This document shows, in pieces, positions 19,306-29,744 of a stretch of 64,000 nt of DNA. Within the stretch, counting starts at the first letter, position 1. Every line of letters starts with the position of its first letter. The DNA is taken from the IMG/VR virus record IMGVR_UViG_3300006143_000333, positions 64,959 to 128,958 of that record. One strand, written 5' to 3'. The notes below the pieces were generated by a model, which saw only the letters and a program-made list of their open reading frames with translations, was not told the DNA's origin and did no database searches. This DNA is from a virus (lineage: Duplodnaviria; Caudoviricetes). Both the position numbers and the translations under genes were made by a program.

Positions 19306-19524
19306 TTGGAGTGGATCAAATGTATTTCTGGTCAAATGCCAGAAGATGATGAAAGATATAAAGGTAAAAAAGTTATTAATGTTATTGCCACCACTAATAA
19401 AGGGGTTGTTACGAAGGTACAAAGGATTTTTAATGATTATGCTAACACTTGGTATTGGGGAAGGATATGTGGAGGTATGAGGGCATGGATGCCGTTGCCT
19501 GAGCCATACAAAGAGAAGCATTGA
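19306..19524 (+). CDS. DUF551-like protein
   Basis: MEWIKC..QMPE...AWMPLPEPY. Confidence 0.75.
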   Translation: MEWIKCISGQMPEDDERYKGKKVINVIATTNKGVVTKVQRIFNDYANTWYWGRICGGMRAWMPLPEPYKEKH

Positions 19525-19570
19525 AAGCACGATTTCAAGGTTGTTTAAATAGAAACGGAGGTAAGCTTAT

Positions 19571-21400
19571 TTGGCAGTAGAATTAAAGGTAAATGTGATA
19601 AATCAGCTTAAATTGCTGCGCCAAAGTACATTTAAGGATATATATTGTTTTCTTGATGAAGATATACAGAATGCCCAGAGAGCAAAAGCGACAGAGGTAA
19701 GAGTTACTGTTGATAGATGGGGAGAAGGTACAGTCACTATTGAAAATAATGGCAATATACTTACTAAACCACAGGCACTATTTTCTATTGCCGAAAGTGA
19801 TTGGGATGAAGAAGTAAGGAATAGTGAAAATCCTTTTGGTATGGGATTCTTCAGTAATATTACTGTCAGTAATCTTATCAATGTTCATTCAGGAAATACA
19901 TATATTACATTTGATGTAGAAGATATGATTTCTACGAACAATACAGAAATCAAAGTAGAAGAAATAGATGATTATTATGACGGATTTAAATTAATTCTTA
20001 GAAATTTTGATTTTGATACAGCGAGTTCATATGATATACAGGAGCGTGTAGAAGTTCTCGGAAAATATATTCATGAGTTAGACATTTATTATAACGGAGA
20101 ATTAGTTGAAGAAAAAGATCTAACGGAGGGTGATGGTAGCAAGTATCAATTTTCTGTAGATGATGAAAATTGCAAAGGTTGGATTGCATTAGGAAATAAT
20201 TACTCTTGGGGAAATAATGTCAATGTATTTTACAAAGGAAGGTTGGTTGCTCCGTTAGAAGGATTGCCATACTTAAAAGGTGATTTACATGTAAGCGACA
20301 AAACTCTCAATTTAACATCTCCAGATAGAAAAGATATTATCAAAGATGAAAAATTGAATGTATTTAAAAAGGTGATAACAGAACATGTTGAAAAATACTG
20401 TACATCTTTATTGGTAAACGGAGAAGAGAATATTAGTGATTATGCTTCTTGCTTTGGTTATTATGTGAATAAAAAGAATGTAAAAAATAGCATCAAATTT
20501 ATGACATTCAAGAGCAAAAGTGAAGATGACATTAAATATCTAAAAGGAATTGCTATTGCGAGAGGTAAAAACAAAGATATCAAATCATTTACAGGTTATG
20601 AAATATATCTGAAAAAAGATGCGGCCAAACAAAATGAGCAAATTGTAAATGAAGTTACTGTAAACCCTGAGTTACAAACAGCCCCAGAGAAAGCTAGTGG
20701 ACGAGTTTATCATGAAGCATCATATTCTCACAGAGATGGGTATGTAGAAGTACCAGAAATAAAAATAAAAGACTTAATGGAAAAGAGAGGTTCTTTGATT
20801 ATTGATTCAGTAGAGCCAACATTCTTTATAGGATTTAATGAAGTAGAACAATATGAATACAAGTTGAATGTTGCGAAACATTATGATTTAAAAATTATTG
20901 TAAGTCGCAACGAGGTAGAAACTTCTATATTAAAATCTATGAAAGAATCTGATAATGTGTTGCATATTTCTGAACTCAAAGAAGAAATAACAGTTAGAGG
21001 ATATTTGTCAAATACAGAATTATCTATTAAGGAAAGTAGAGCATTGATGATCTTTGATATGATCAGTAGAATTTTAGGGTTTGATCATAATGTATTTGCT
21101 ATTGGCAATTTAATGGTGACAAAATCTGTTTCAGTAGAATCAATTGGCGTTGAAGAAGAAATGGTTGAATCAAACATTGTTGTACTGAAGGATGAACTGA
21201 ATGATAAAGTTTATGTGGATAGAAGCATCATCAATAAGAATAAACTCAGGAATGATACAGATACGAATTTAGATATATTTGATTATCAGTTTATTCTGGC
21301 AAATTTTAAGGAAATGATGAAACAGGTTGCATTAGTGGCTGGTATATCGCCAAATGATTGTGAAGTAAAAGTGTTAGATATCTTGGGAAATTGTGCTTGA
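19571..21400 (+). CDS. GHKL (HATPase_c) ATPase-domain protein
   Basis: EDIQNAQRA, ENNG and FGMGFFS Bergerat-fold motifs. Confidence 0.8.
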   Translation: MAVELKVNVINQLKLLRQSTFKDIYCFLDEDIQNAQRAKATEVRVTVDRWGEGTVTIENNGNILTKPQALFSIAESDWDEEVRNSENPFGMGFFSNITVSNLINVHSGNTYITFDVEDMISTNNTEIKVEEIDDYYDGFKLILRNFDFDTASSYDIQERVEVLGKYIHELDIYYNGELVEEKDLTEGDGSKYQFSVDDENCKGWIALGNNYSWGNNVNVFYKGRLVAPLEGLPYLKGDLHVSDKTLNLTSPDRKDIIKDEKLNVFKKVITEHVEKYCTSLLVNGEENISDYASCFGYYVNKKNVKNSIKFMTFKSKSEDDIKYLKGIAIARGKNKDIKSFTGYEIYLKKDAAKQNEQIVNEVTVNPELQTAPEKASGRVYHEASYSHRDGYVEVPEIKIKDLMEKRGSLIIDSVEPTFFIGFNEVEQYEYKLNVAKHYDLKIIVSRNEVETSILKSMKESDNVLHISELKEEITVRGYLSNTELSIKESRALMIFDMISRILGFDHNVFAIGNLMVTKSVSVESIGVEEEMVESNIVVLKDELNDKVYVDRSIINKNKLRNDTDTNLDIFDYQFILANFKEMMKQVALVAGISPNDCEVKVLDILGNCA

Positions 21401-21447
21401 AAACGCACTTGAAACCCAATTTTAAGATTTAAATGAGGTGATTTTGA

Positions 21448-21927
21448 TTGTTAATACCTGCAATTTTAAAGAAGAATGAAATACAGGAAGCATTTAAGAG
21501 ATATTACTATTCAGATGATATGATGTACGAAACTGGTGGTTTAAATAATTGGCTGCCAAATATCCAAGAAGAGACTGAAATAGGAAGGTTTCAATTTGCT
21601 ATTGTAAATTCAGAAGAAAAATTAGTTGGATATTTTGATTATCATATTGATTGGTATAATTCTTGTGCTTCCAGATTTGGATTGATTTCTTTTGATAGAG
21701 GCAACCCAATTGTAGGGATGGATTTATATAGTGAATTGAAGAAACTTATTTATGAGTACAATCTACATAGAATTGAATGGCGAATGATAGGTGGCAATCC
21801 AATAGAGAAAAATTATGATAAATTTTGTGATAAGTTTGGTGGTACCAAGCACATTTTGAGAGATGCTGTTAAAGATAAATACGGCAAATATCATAATGAT
21901 ATTATTTATGAGATTATCAATGATTAA
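21448..21927 (+). CDS. GNAT/RimJ-like protein
   Basis: NLHRIEW...LRDAVKDKYGKYHND..YEI pattern. Confidence 0.55.
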   Translation: MLIPAILKKNEIQEAFKRYYYSDDMMYETGGLNNWLPNIQEETEIGRFQFAIVNSEEKLVGYFDYHIDWYNSCASRFGLISFDRGNPIVGMDLYSELKKLIYEYNLHRIEWRMIGGNPIEKNYDKFCDKFGGTKHILRDAVKDKYGKYHNDIIYEIIND

Positions 21928-21943
21928 GAAGGAGAATTTGTAA

Positions 21944-22285
21944 ATGGATTGTAAATATCCGATTGAAAGTAGAAGTTATAAAGTATGTATATTGTGTTCT
22001 GAGAAAAATATCTGCGAAAATTCAACTATCGTAAATGATACAGCAACATTATTATCTGCAAGTGAATCACATAAAAAGACAGTAGATAATATTAAAAATT
22101 GTTCAACAAAAGAATTAGCAGAAATCAGTAAAAGAATTAGTGACGCTATTGCAAATGGAAAGTTTTCTATTAGTGATGATGGTTGTTTACAATATGAAAC
22201 AACTCAAAGATTAGAAGAACTTGGTTATAAAGTTCAAACTGGAAGCCAATACAATGAGCAGTATTGGAGTATTAGCTGGAAATAA
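21944..22285 (+). CDS. hypothetical protein
   Basis: RBS aaggag; ends LEELGYKV...ISW. Confidence 0.7.
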   Translation: MDCKYPIESRSYKVCILCSEKNICENSTIVNDTATLLSASESHKKTVDNIKNCSTKELAEISKRISDAIANGKFSISDDGCLQYETTQRLEELGYKVQTGSQYNEQYWSISWK

Positions 22286-22330
22286 CAGTTGAAACCGAAA
22301 TTTCATTTGAAAAATAAAGGAGTGAGATGT

Positions 22331-22786
22331 ATAGAAAAAAGGATTTTAGATGTATGCTGCGGATCAAGAATGTTTTGGTTTGATAAGCATAATGAAGATA
22401 CAGTATTTATGGATAACAGAATACTACATGATACATTGTGTGATGGTAGAAAATTAAATGTTGAACCAGATGTCATAGGAGATTTTAGAAATATACCTTT
22501 TAATGATGATACTTTCAATATGGTCGTATTTGATCCTCCTCATCTTTTGAAAGTTGGAGAAAGTTCATGGTTGGCCAAGAAGTATGGAAAACTAACTGAG
22601 AACTGGAAAGAAGATTTGAAGTTGGGATTCAAGGAATGTATCAGGGTACTAAAGCCAGGAGGAAGTTTGATTTTTAAGTGGAATGAACAACAAATAAAAT
22701 TGAAGGAAATATTGAAGTTGGTTGATATTGAACCTCTTTTTGGTAATAAAAGAGCAGATACACATTGGGTTGTGTTTATGAAATAG
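22331..22786 (+). CDS. small SAM-dependent (probable DNA) methyltransferase, ATA start
   Basis: ILDVCCGSRMFWFDK, VVFDPPH, RVLKPGG; SD aaggagtg. Confidence 0.85.
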   Translation: MEKRILDVCCGSRMFWFDKHNEDTVFMDNRILHDTLCDGRKLNVEPDVIGDFRNIPFNDDTFNMVVFDPPHLLKVGESSWLAKKYGKLTENWKEDLKLGFKECIRVLKPGGSLIFKWNEQQIKLKEILKLVDIEPLFGNKRADTHWVVFMK

Positions 22787-22833
22787 GACTTGAAAGCGTT
22801 CTTTCATTTGGTAAATAGAGAAAAGGGAGGTAC

Positions 22834-23031
22834 ATATTAAAAAGATTTTTACTATGGATTTTAGTCATTATTCTTGGTGTTATAGTATTGTCACTACTCT
22901 ATGCTTTGGGATATATGTCAGCAACAAGTAATGTAAGTTCATTTGTACGAATAGTTATTGGAACTATAGCATTATGTATTGCAGATATAAAAAGTTATTT
23001 GCAATGGAAAGTTATTAATTGGAACAAATAA
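22834..23031 (+). CDS. 65-aa two-TM protein, ATA start
   Basis: SD gggaggt; hand translation ILKRFLLWILV... Confidence 0.55.
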   Translation: MLKRFLLWILVIILGVIVLSLLYALGYMSATSNVSSFVRIVIGTIALCIADIKSYLQWKVINWNK

Positions 23032-23055
23032 GGATTTGGAAAGGAGAATGAGATA

Positions 23056-23451
23056 TTGAAAGAAGTAATTTTGATTTTATGTATGCTATTTTGTCACATT
23101 GTAGATGACTATTACCTACAAGGATGGCTTGCATCAGCAAAACAGAAAAAGTGGTGGAAACAAAACGCCAATAATCCATTATACAAAAATGATTATATTA
23201 TGGCGTTGGTGGAACACGCATTTAGTTGGAGTTTTATGATCCATATTCCAATTATTGTTTATTCTTTAATTTGCGGATTGCAACTAAACATCTTGTTATT
23301 CATTGCAATATTTACAATGAATTGGTTGATACACACAATTACGGATAATGCAAAAGCAAATTTGATGAAAATTAACCTAATTCAAGATCAGTGGATACAT
23401 ATAGCACAGATTTTTGTTACATGGACAATATATGTGGTGATGAGTAGATAA
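23056..23451 (+). CDS. DUF3307-like membrane protein
   Basis: HIVDDYYLQ, H...D, DQWIH. Confidence 0.75.
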   Translation: MKEVILILCMLFCHIVDDYYLQGWLASAKQKKWWKQNANNPLYKNDYIMALVEHAFSWSFMIHIPIIVYSLICGLQLNILLFIAIFTMNWLIHTITDNAKANLMKINLIQDQWIHIAQIFVTWTIYVVMSR

Positions 23452-23454
23452 AAT

Positions 23455-23502
23455 ATACAATATACAGTATTTGTATAGAAATCAAAACACAATATATTGA
23501 TG
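23455..23502 (+). promoter_or_regulatory. tandem NrdR-box-like pair
   Basis: atacaatatacagtat and acacaatatattgatg, 32-bp offset. Confidence 0.55.
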
Positions 23503-23556
23503 TAAAAAGCGGTTGAAATTCTTATTTCATTGGGTGAGTTTGGAGGTGATTTGATT

Positions 23557-23832
23557 ATGAGTGATATGTTTACAGATGCAAGTCCATTAAGTTGTAGTTT
23601 AGAAAAACTCAATGATTTTTATTTTAAAAATGGCGAAAGAGAAATTGTTACACAAACAAGTAATGGTAGAAATTGTAGAACTTGTTGTAAAGTAACTGTT
23701 TGTAAATATTCAGAAGAAGTGGTTGAAAAAGTAGAAAATCTAATTGGCGAAATCTCTAAAATGAATTTACCATTATCTGTTAATATTAATTGCCAAGAAT
23801 GGGCAGATAGAAAAACAAGTACATTGAGATAA
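23557..23832 (+). CDS. hypothetical Cys-rich protein
   Basis: SD ggaggtg; similar to 9840-10091. Confidence 0.7.
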   Translation: MSDMFTDASPLSCSLEKLNDFYFKNGEREIVTQTSNGRNCRTCCKVTVCKYSEEVVEKVENLIGEISKMNLPLSVNINCQEWADRKTSTLR

Positions 23833-23856
23833 AAATGGAATGTGAGGTGATAATAC

Positions 23857-24039
23857 ATAAAATTTGAAACAAGCAAAAGAATAGATAAATGGGTAGAGAA
23901 GCATAGAAAGCAAGGTTGTGTATCTCATGCAACAGCAGGTGAACAGTTTGTATATGAATTTTTACCAAGTGGCATTGTAGAGTGTCAAACAGTCAAATGT
24001 ATGTGTTGCAATGAAGAATTTACTGATTATGTAGATTGA
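23857..24039 (+). CDS. 60-aa hypothetical protein, ATA start
   Basis: SD gaggtg; hand translation fills the gap. Confidence 0.6.
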   Translation: MKFETSKRIDKWVEKHRKQGCVSHATAGEQFVYEFLPSGIVECQTVKCMCCNEEFTDYVD

Positions 24040-24058
24040 TGAAAAGGAGAATGATTAA

Positions 24059-24394
24059 ATGAACGAAAAGAATGGAATTTCAGAAGGAGTAAAAGAAATA
24101 AATCCAATTGATGAATATTTGGAGAGATATAAGGAACAAAGACTTGCAGAATTTTGTGTCCAAAAAGATAAAGAAATTCAGGAATATAAGGAAGAAAGAC
24201 TGAAACTTATTGAACAGATTGCAGTTATGAGGCATAAGGTTGAAGAATATGATGATACTTGGAATAATGTAAAGAAACTATATGAACATATCAAAAGTCT
24301 TTCTGTAGATGATTATTTAAAAATATATCATATGATTTCAGAAGATGTATCTGGGAATCATAATTATGTATCAACAATTACACTTAATAGATAG
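24059..24394 (+). CDS. hypothetical coiled-coil protein
   Basis: RBS aaggag. Confidence 0.7.
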   Translation: MNEKNGISEGVKEINPIDEYLERYKEQRLAEFCVQKDKEIQEYKEERLKLIEQIAVMRHKVEEYDDTWNNVKKLYEHIKSLSVDDYLKIYHMISEDVSGNHNYVSTITLNR

Positions 24395-24408
24395 GAGAAA
24401 ATATACAT

Positions 24409-24537
24409 ATGGGACTTACATGTAAACCATTAGGCAAAATGAGAAGTGTCACAAGAAAGTTAGAGAATCATTTAGCTGAAGAAGCGAAGTTACAGAAAGA
24501 GAAAAAGGAAAGTAAGAAAGATAAGACAAGCAGATAG
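24409..24537 (+). CDS. 42-aa basic peptide
   Basis: RBS aggag, ATG. Confidence 0.5.
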   Translation: MGLTCKPLGKMRSVTRKLENHLAEEAKLQKEKKESKKDKTSR

Positions 24538-24730
24538 ATTAGATACATTTTATGATGAATTAAAGAGAATACACAAACAATATTTTTGTGATTGGCGTTT
24601 TGGTCAGCTTTGTAGTAATTTTTTCGGTTGGCTCATGTCAGAGAAGAAAGTGGATTTATTCTTTCCAGAAGAAGATAAGATGATAGAGTATATCCGAGAA
24701 TATGCCGAGAGTTCTGGTAGCAACAAGTAA
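24521..24730 (+). CDS. conserved-looking phage protein (DWRFGQL motif), ATA start
   Basis: IRQADRLDTFYDELK..DWRFGQL. Confidence 0.6.
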   Translation: MRQADRLDTFYDELKRIHKQYFCDWRFGQLCSNFFGWLMSEKKVDLFFPEEDKMIEYIREYAESSGSNK

Positions 24731-24968
24731 ACTTTCGCACGGTTATCCGTAGAAAATTCCAATATTAACAACTGAACAGTTATATTCGTTTTTGGTGGTG
24801 AACAGCATACCATTGGCTTAAATTACGCAAAAATAGCCATAAATCACTGATTAGCATAGATTTTATATAGATTTAATTTCTATGTTCCAGTCTGAAAAGG
24901 CTGTTGAAGTTATATATATGATGTGAAAATATTTTAATAATTTTATTTTACAGGAGGACATTTATTTA

Positions 24969-26039
24969 ATGACAGAAACAAAGAAAAAGGGAAGACTATT
25001 TGATTTACCTGAGACAAAAGGATCATTCCAGTTGAAGGGCGTTGTTAGTGGCGTAGAGAAGGAAAACTTCTATAAGGAAATTAAGACCAAGAGCAACAAG
25101 GATATGAGAATGATTAACTTTGGAGTTGGATACGCTGAAGGCAGCACACTCTACGTTAATTTACAGGGTATGGAGCAGGAAAATGTGTATTTCTCAAAGA
25201 AGGCTGAAAGGAAGGGCGATAAGCCTGAAACTGCAAAGGTTCATTGGGCAGATAGGTTTTCTTATAACCGTGAAGGATTCCGTCTTATTGGTAAGAACAT
25301 TGGAGTAAAGAAGAAGGTAGATGAGAATGGTAAGACCGTTAATGATAAAAAGGTCATGACAGACTTTGATGCTTGCAAGGAAGTAAATGACAATCTGAAA
25401 GATGGAGCAAGTGTATTTATCAGAGGTAGTCTTGATTATAGTAGCTTCTTGGATAACAACGGTAATAAGAAGACATCTACCAAGTTGGTTCCTAATCAGA
25501 TTTCACTTTGTTCAGAAATTGATTTTAATGATGAGAACTTCACTCAGCAGAATGACTTTATCCAGGTAATTGTATTTATGGGTATTGATCAGGAAAAGGA
25601 AAATAATAAGCCGACTGGAAGATTTGTTGTATCTGCAAAGGTTATTACATACAGCAACATTGAAGATGTTGAGTTCATTATCGAGAATAAGGATTTGGCA
25701 AATAAGTTCAAGAAATCCTTAAAGCCATATAATGCGATTCAGGTCAGCGGTCATATGGTAGCGTCTACACAGACAGAAACAGTTGAAGATGATGATGCCA
25801 ACTGGGGTGAAGAAGTTTCTATGGAGAAGGTTCTTGCGCCTACCAAGAGAGAATTTATCATTACCAACGCAAAAGGTTCTACTGTTGATAAAGAACTTTA
25901 CACAGAAACGAATGTTACAGAAGCTATGTCGAAGATTACACAGGCAAACAAAGCTGAAAATGATTTTGGTGGAGATGCTGACAATGATGATTGGGGAGAA
26001 GCCAATCTTGATACAGACGATGATGCAGCTTGGGAGTAA
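24969..26039 (+). CDS. SSB-like protein (SPbeta YorF-like position)
   Basis: Beta-rich, very acidic tail DDDAAWE; first gene of the replication module. Confidence 0.6.
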   Translation: MTETKKKGRLFDLPETKGSFQLKGVVSGVEKENFYKEIKTKSNKDMRMINFGVGYAEGSTLYVNLQGMEQENVYFSKKAERKGDKPETAKVHWADRFSYNREGFRLIGKNIGVKKKVDENGKTVNDKKVMTDFDACKEVNDNLKDGASVFIRGSLDYSSFLDNNGNKKTSTKLVPNQISLCSEIDFNDENFTQQNDFIQVIVFMGIDQEKENNKPTGRFVVSAKVITYSNIEDVEFIIENKDLANKFKKSLKPYNAIQVSGHMVASTQTETVEDDDANWGEEVSMEKVLAPTKREFIITNAKGSTVDKELYTETNVTEAMSKITQANKAENDFGGDADNDDWGEANLDTDDDAAWE

Positions 26040-26111
26040 TTCTTGGACTAAGGAACGTCAGAGATGGCGTTCCACAACTCTTAAAAATAATACTATTTCG
26101 GAGGTAATTTA

Positions 26112-27272
26112 ATGGCAAAGGCTAGAAAAGCGTCAGTAACACAGAGTAAGTTAGGAATGATTTTATATGGAGAACAGTTTACAGGTAAATCTACTATGGC
26201 TATGCAGTTAGCATATTTCAAGCGTCCAGACGGAAAGCCGTTTATGGTACTGTATCTTGATCCTGAGACTGGTTCTATTGATGATTATTTGGGTGAATTA
26301 GAAGCAAACGGTGTAGACCTTGAAAATATTTATATCGTATATACACAGTCTCTTGGAGAAGTAAGGGAGTACATTGCAAAGGTAAAAAATGGTGAGGATT
26401 TGTATGTTCTTGATGAAGAGACTGGCGATGAAACAGATGAAGTTCTTCTTGATGCAGACGGTGAACCTTTTAGGGCAGATGCGATTGTTGTTGATGGTAC
26501 AAGCATTTTAAATTTGACAACCAAACAGGGATTGATTGAGTTTTCCAAGAAGAGAAATAAGGTAAAGGCTGATAAGGACGGTCTTGTAGGTGATGCTCGG
26601 CTTGTAAAGATTGAGGGAGCAGGTATGGAACTGAAGGATTATCAGACTATCAACTTTAAGGGACAGGACTTGATTCTTGATTTGATGGCATCTGGTGTTC
26701 ACTATATTGTGACAGCAAGAGAGACAGATGAGAAAGAGACAATTAAACAGGAAGATGGTTCTACTATGAGTGTTACAACTGGCAGAAAGATTCCTGATGG
26801 TTTTAAGGGAATGACATACAATGTCAAAACAGAGGTTCGTATGTTTAGAAACGAAGATGGTGTTGTATGCGCTCATGTTAAGAAGGACAGAACACATACC
26901 CATGAAGATAATATTATCATTGAAGATCCTACTCTGGTCGATTGGCAAGCGGTTATTGATAAGACAGCAGATAAAAAGGCATTTGTTGTTAAGAATGACT
27001 TGACTAAGGCTGTTGATGTTGAGCAGAACATTTATAGTAAGGAGATTCTTGGTAAGGTTGGAGAACCTGTAAATGAAGAGTCTGCTGAAGAAAATAGTTC
27101 TGGTGTAGATATTGAGACAATGAAGAAAGAAATTATTGCTAAACGAAATGCACTACCACCTATGGAAAAGAAAGCAATGAAAGAAAAGTTGGAAGCAGAA
27201 GGACTACCTACAGCATACAAGAATGTAACAGATGCGGCTGTTTTACAGAAGGTGCTTGGTATGTTCAAATAA
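26112..27272 (+). CDS. AAA_24/Sak4-like P-loop ATPase
   Basis: GEQFTGKST Walker A, AIVVDG Walker B, KKDRT. Confidence 0.8.
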   Translation: MAKARKASVTQSKLGMILYGEQFTGKSTMAMQLAYFKRPDGKPFMVLYLDPETGSIDDYLGELEANGVDLENIYIVYTQSLGEVREYIAKVKNGEDLYVLDEETGDETDEVLLDADGEPFRADAIVVDGTSILNLTTKQGLIEFSKKRNKVKADKDGLVGDARLVKIEGAGMELKDYQTINFKGQDLILDLMASGVHYIVTARETDEKETIKQEDGSTMSVTTGRKIPDGFKGMTYNVKTEVRMFRNEDGVVCAHVKKDRTHTHEDNIIIEDPTLVDWQAVIDKTADKKAFVVKNDLTKAVDVEQNIYSKEILGKVGEPVNEESAEENSSGVDIETMKKEIIAKRNALPPMEKKAMKEKLEAEGLPTAYKNVTDAAVLQKVLGMFK

Positions 27273-27300
27273 TAAAAACTCTAGTATAGAAGGATAAAAT

Positions 27301-28164
27301 ATGAGGGCGACAAGAAAAGAAGGATGTATAAGTCGAGTATGTGCTTGCTGCAATCAATCCTTTTACATAGGTAAAGATAATATCAGTGATGCAATTTACT
27401 ATGATAAAAAAACTTATCATAGTAATTGCTTTATTGATAAGCAAGTTAAATCTTTTGCACCAAAAGAAGTTAAAAACTTAAAAACAATGCCTAAAAACGA
27501 TCAATTATTAAAATATGGTATAGATATTCAAAAATATAAAAATGGTCGAAGGTATATTCCGAATGGAAAAGATAAAATATTACACGATTTTAATGAAGTA
27601 AAAAAGAAACAATATGAAGATCAACTAATTGATTTTCACAATCGAGTAAATGATATAACTAACAATATATTAAACAGTGGGGAATTTATTCAATTAAAGA
27701 AAAACTCATATAATCATTTTTTACGTTCAATAGAAAAGCAATGTGTGTATGACTTCATTTTAGAAGTTTATGATTTGAATATTATTCCTACTAATATTTG
27801 GGAAAAAATTACTGAGATTTATAGCGGTACATATAAGGGTATGTCTATTGGGATACCTCCAGAACATTTACTTGATATGTGGAAAAGAAAAATTGATATG
27901 TTAAATGGTGTTGCAGAGAGAAATGAGATTAAGGGAATTAAAATGTCAGCAGACCAAAGATTAAATTATGACTTATCAATTTTAGTTAATAAGTATGACA
28001 GCTATCTGAAGTGGCTTGAAAAACAGAAGATTATAGCATCGGAAAAAGAAATAGAAAAAAACGATAATATTGTTGGTAAAAGTATTGGATATACCGCTTC
28101 AAATAAATCTGAAAAAAATGATTCAGACGATATATCCGCTTTGGTTGATGATATTTTCGGATGA
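27301..28164 (+). CDS. putative helicase loader/replication protein
   Basis: N-terminal CxxC..HxxC, acidic C-terminus; directly upstream of the helicase. Confidence 0.5.
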   Translation: MRATRKEGCISRVCACCNQSFYIGKDNISDAIYYDKKTYHSNCFIDKQVKSFAPKEVKNLKTMPKNDQLLKYGIDIQKYKNGRRYIPNGKDKILHDFNEVKKKQYEDQLIDFHNRVNDITNNILNSGEFIQLKKNSYNHFLRSIEKQCVYDFILEVYDLNIIPTNIWEKITEIYSGTYKGMSIGIPPEHLLDMWKRKIDMLNGVAERNEIKGIKMSADQRLNYDLSILVNKYDSYLKWLEKQKIIASEKEIEKNDNIVGKSIGYTASNKSEKNDSDDISALVDDIFG

Positions 28165-28181
28165 TTGGTGGTGATAATTGA

Positions 28182-29729
28182 TTGACAGAGGAACATAGTG
28201 CTTCAAACATTCAAGCGGAGATATGCTTCGTAGGCGCACTACTCAAAGCTCCTGATTCATTTGTTAATTACGGTAATTTTATGAGAAGTAAATACGACTT
28301 CTCAGATCCGGCAGTAAAGTTCTTTTATGACAGTTTTGAAACTTACTATTTAACTTTCTCACAGACAGTAGATGAGACAAAGATGAATGTGTTTATGAGT
28401 CAAAATCCAGAAAGATTAAGCACATATAAGCAATATAAAGGCTGGAAAACCATACAGCAATATATGAATCTTGCAGATGAAAACGACTGTAAAAATTATT
28501 TTGATACAATCAAAAAGTATTCTCTTGTAAGAGAATATGGAAGAAATGGATTTCCGGTTGAAAAGATTTTGTCTCATAAGAACTTCGATAAGATGTCTCC
28601 CAATGATATATATAGGATTATTCGCACAAAGGCAGATAAAATACACACAGTCATCAATGCAGGTGAGGAGGCAGTAGAACTTACAGACAATAATACAGTA
28701 CAAATTGACAAGTATCTTGAAAAGCCTAATTTCGGTTTACCGTTCCCTTGGTATATGTATAATGAATATTTCCTTGGTATGAGAGATACAAAACTACTAT
28801 TTGAGGGGTTCTTGTCTAATGAAGGTAAAACAAGAAAACTGGTATTATTGGCAGCTTATGTAGCACTTGTACAAAATGAAAACTTTTTTCTTATGAGTAA
28901 TGAAATGGATGAAGAAGATTTGAGAAGCTGTTTAATAACAACGGTTATCAACAATAAAGAATTTCAGGATTTACATGGTGTTGTACTTGAAAAGCCAGAG
29001 AAAGAAATTGTTCTTGGTGTGTACCATGATAAAAGAGGAGAAATCATCAGAAGAAAAATAGATGATTTTGGTATCTATATAGAATCAAATGAAGAATACA
29101 TAAAAAGAGTACAGAAAGAATCAGAAGAATATTGGCAAGTAAAAACTGTAACAGAATGGATCGACAGTTCTGACCGTAAGGGTAAAGTTCTATTTAAAGA
29201 TGTTGGTAATGATTATAGCCCAGAGCAGATTGAGTTTGAATTGCGTAAAGCAAAAATGGTTCAAAACATCAAATATTATGGATATGACACATTAAAAGGA
29301 TATAACACAGATGATTGGTCACAAATAAAACAGTTTGCTACCAAGCTGAAAGAATTGACAAAAGAATTAAGAATGAGTGGTTATGCAGTCTTTCAGTTGA
29401 GTGATGATACTGTGTTTACAGATATTTTTAGTCTAAGCAGTAACAATATTGCAAATGCAAAACAGATAAAACACGTTGCTGACATCTTGAATATTGGTAA
29501 GAAACTAAATAAGGATGAATATCACAAATATCAAATGGTGGCAGAAAATGATAGTTGGGGTGAGCCTGTTACAGAAGATTTAGACTTAAAAAAGCAATAC
29601 TTTTGCATTAAACCTGATAAAAACAGGGCTGGCAGCAAAGATAAAGTCATGTTATTTGAAATAGATCTCAATTTTAATATTTGGAGAAATATAGGTTATA
29701 TCATTAAAAAACCGAAAAGTACAGAATAA
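28182..29729 (+). CDS. DnaB-like replicative helicase
   Basis: SNEGKTR Walker A, SNEM, QLSD, KNRAG. Confidence 0.85.
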   Translation: MTEEHSASNIQAEICFVGALLKAPDSFVNYGNFMRSKYDFSDPAVKFFYDSFETYYLTFSQTVDETKMNVFMSQNPERLSTYKQYKGWKTIQQYMNLADENDCKNYFDTIKKYSLVREYGRNGFPVEKILSHKNFDKMSPNDIYRIIRTKADKIHTVINAGEEAVELTDNNTVQIDKYLEKPNFGLPFPWYMYNEYFLGMRDTKLLFEGFLSNEGKTRKLVLLAAYVALVQNENFFLMSNEMDEEDLRSCLITTVINNKEFQDLHGVVLEKPEKEIVLGVYHDKRGEIIRRKIDDFGIYIESNEEYIKRVQKESEEYWQVKTVTEWIDSSDRKGKVLFKDVGNDYSPEQIEFELRKAKMVQNIKYYGYDTLKGYNTDDWSQIKQFATKLKELTKELRMSGYAVFQLSDDTVFTDIFSLSSNNIANAKQIKHVADILNIGKKLNKDEYHKYQMVAENDSWGEPVTEDLDLKKQYFCIKPDKNRAGSKDKVMLFEIDLNFNIWRNIGYIIKKPKSTE

Positions 29730-29744
29730 TTTGGAGGGTGGCAC

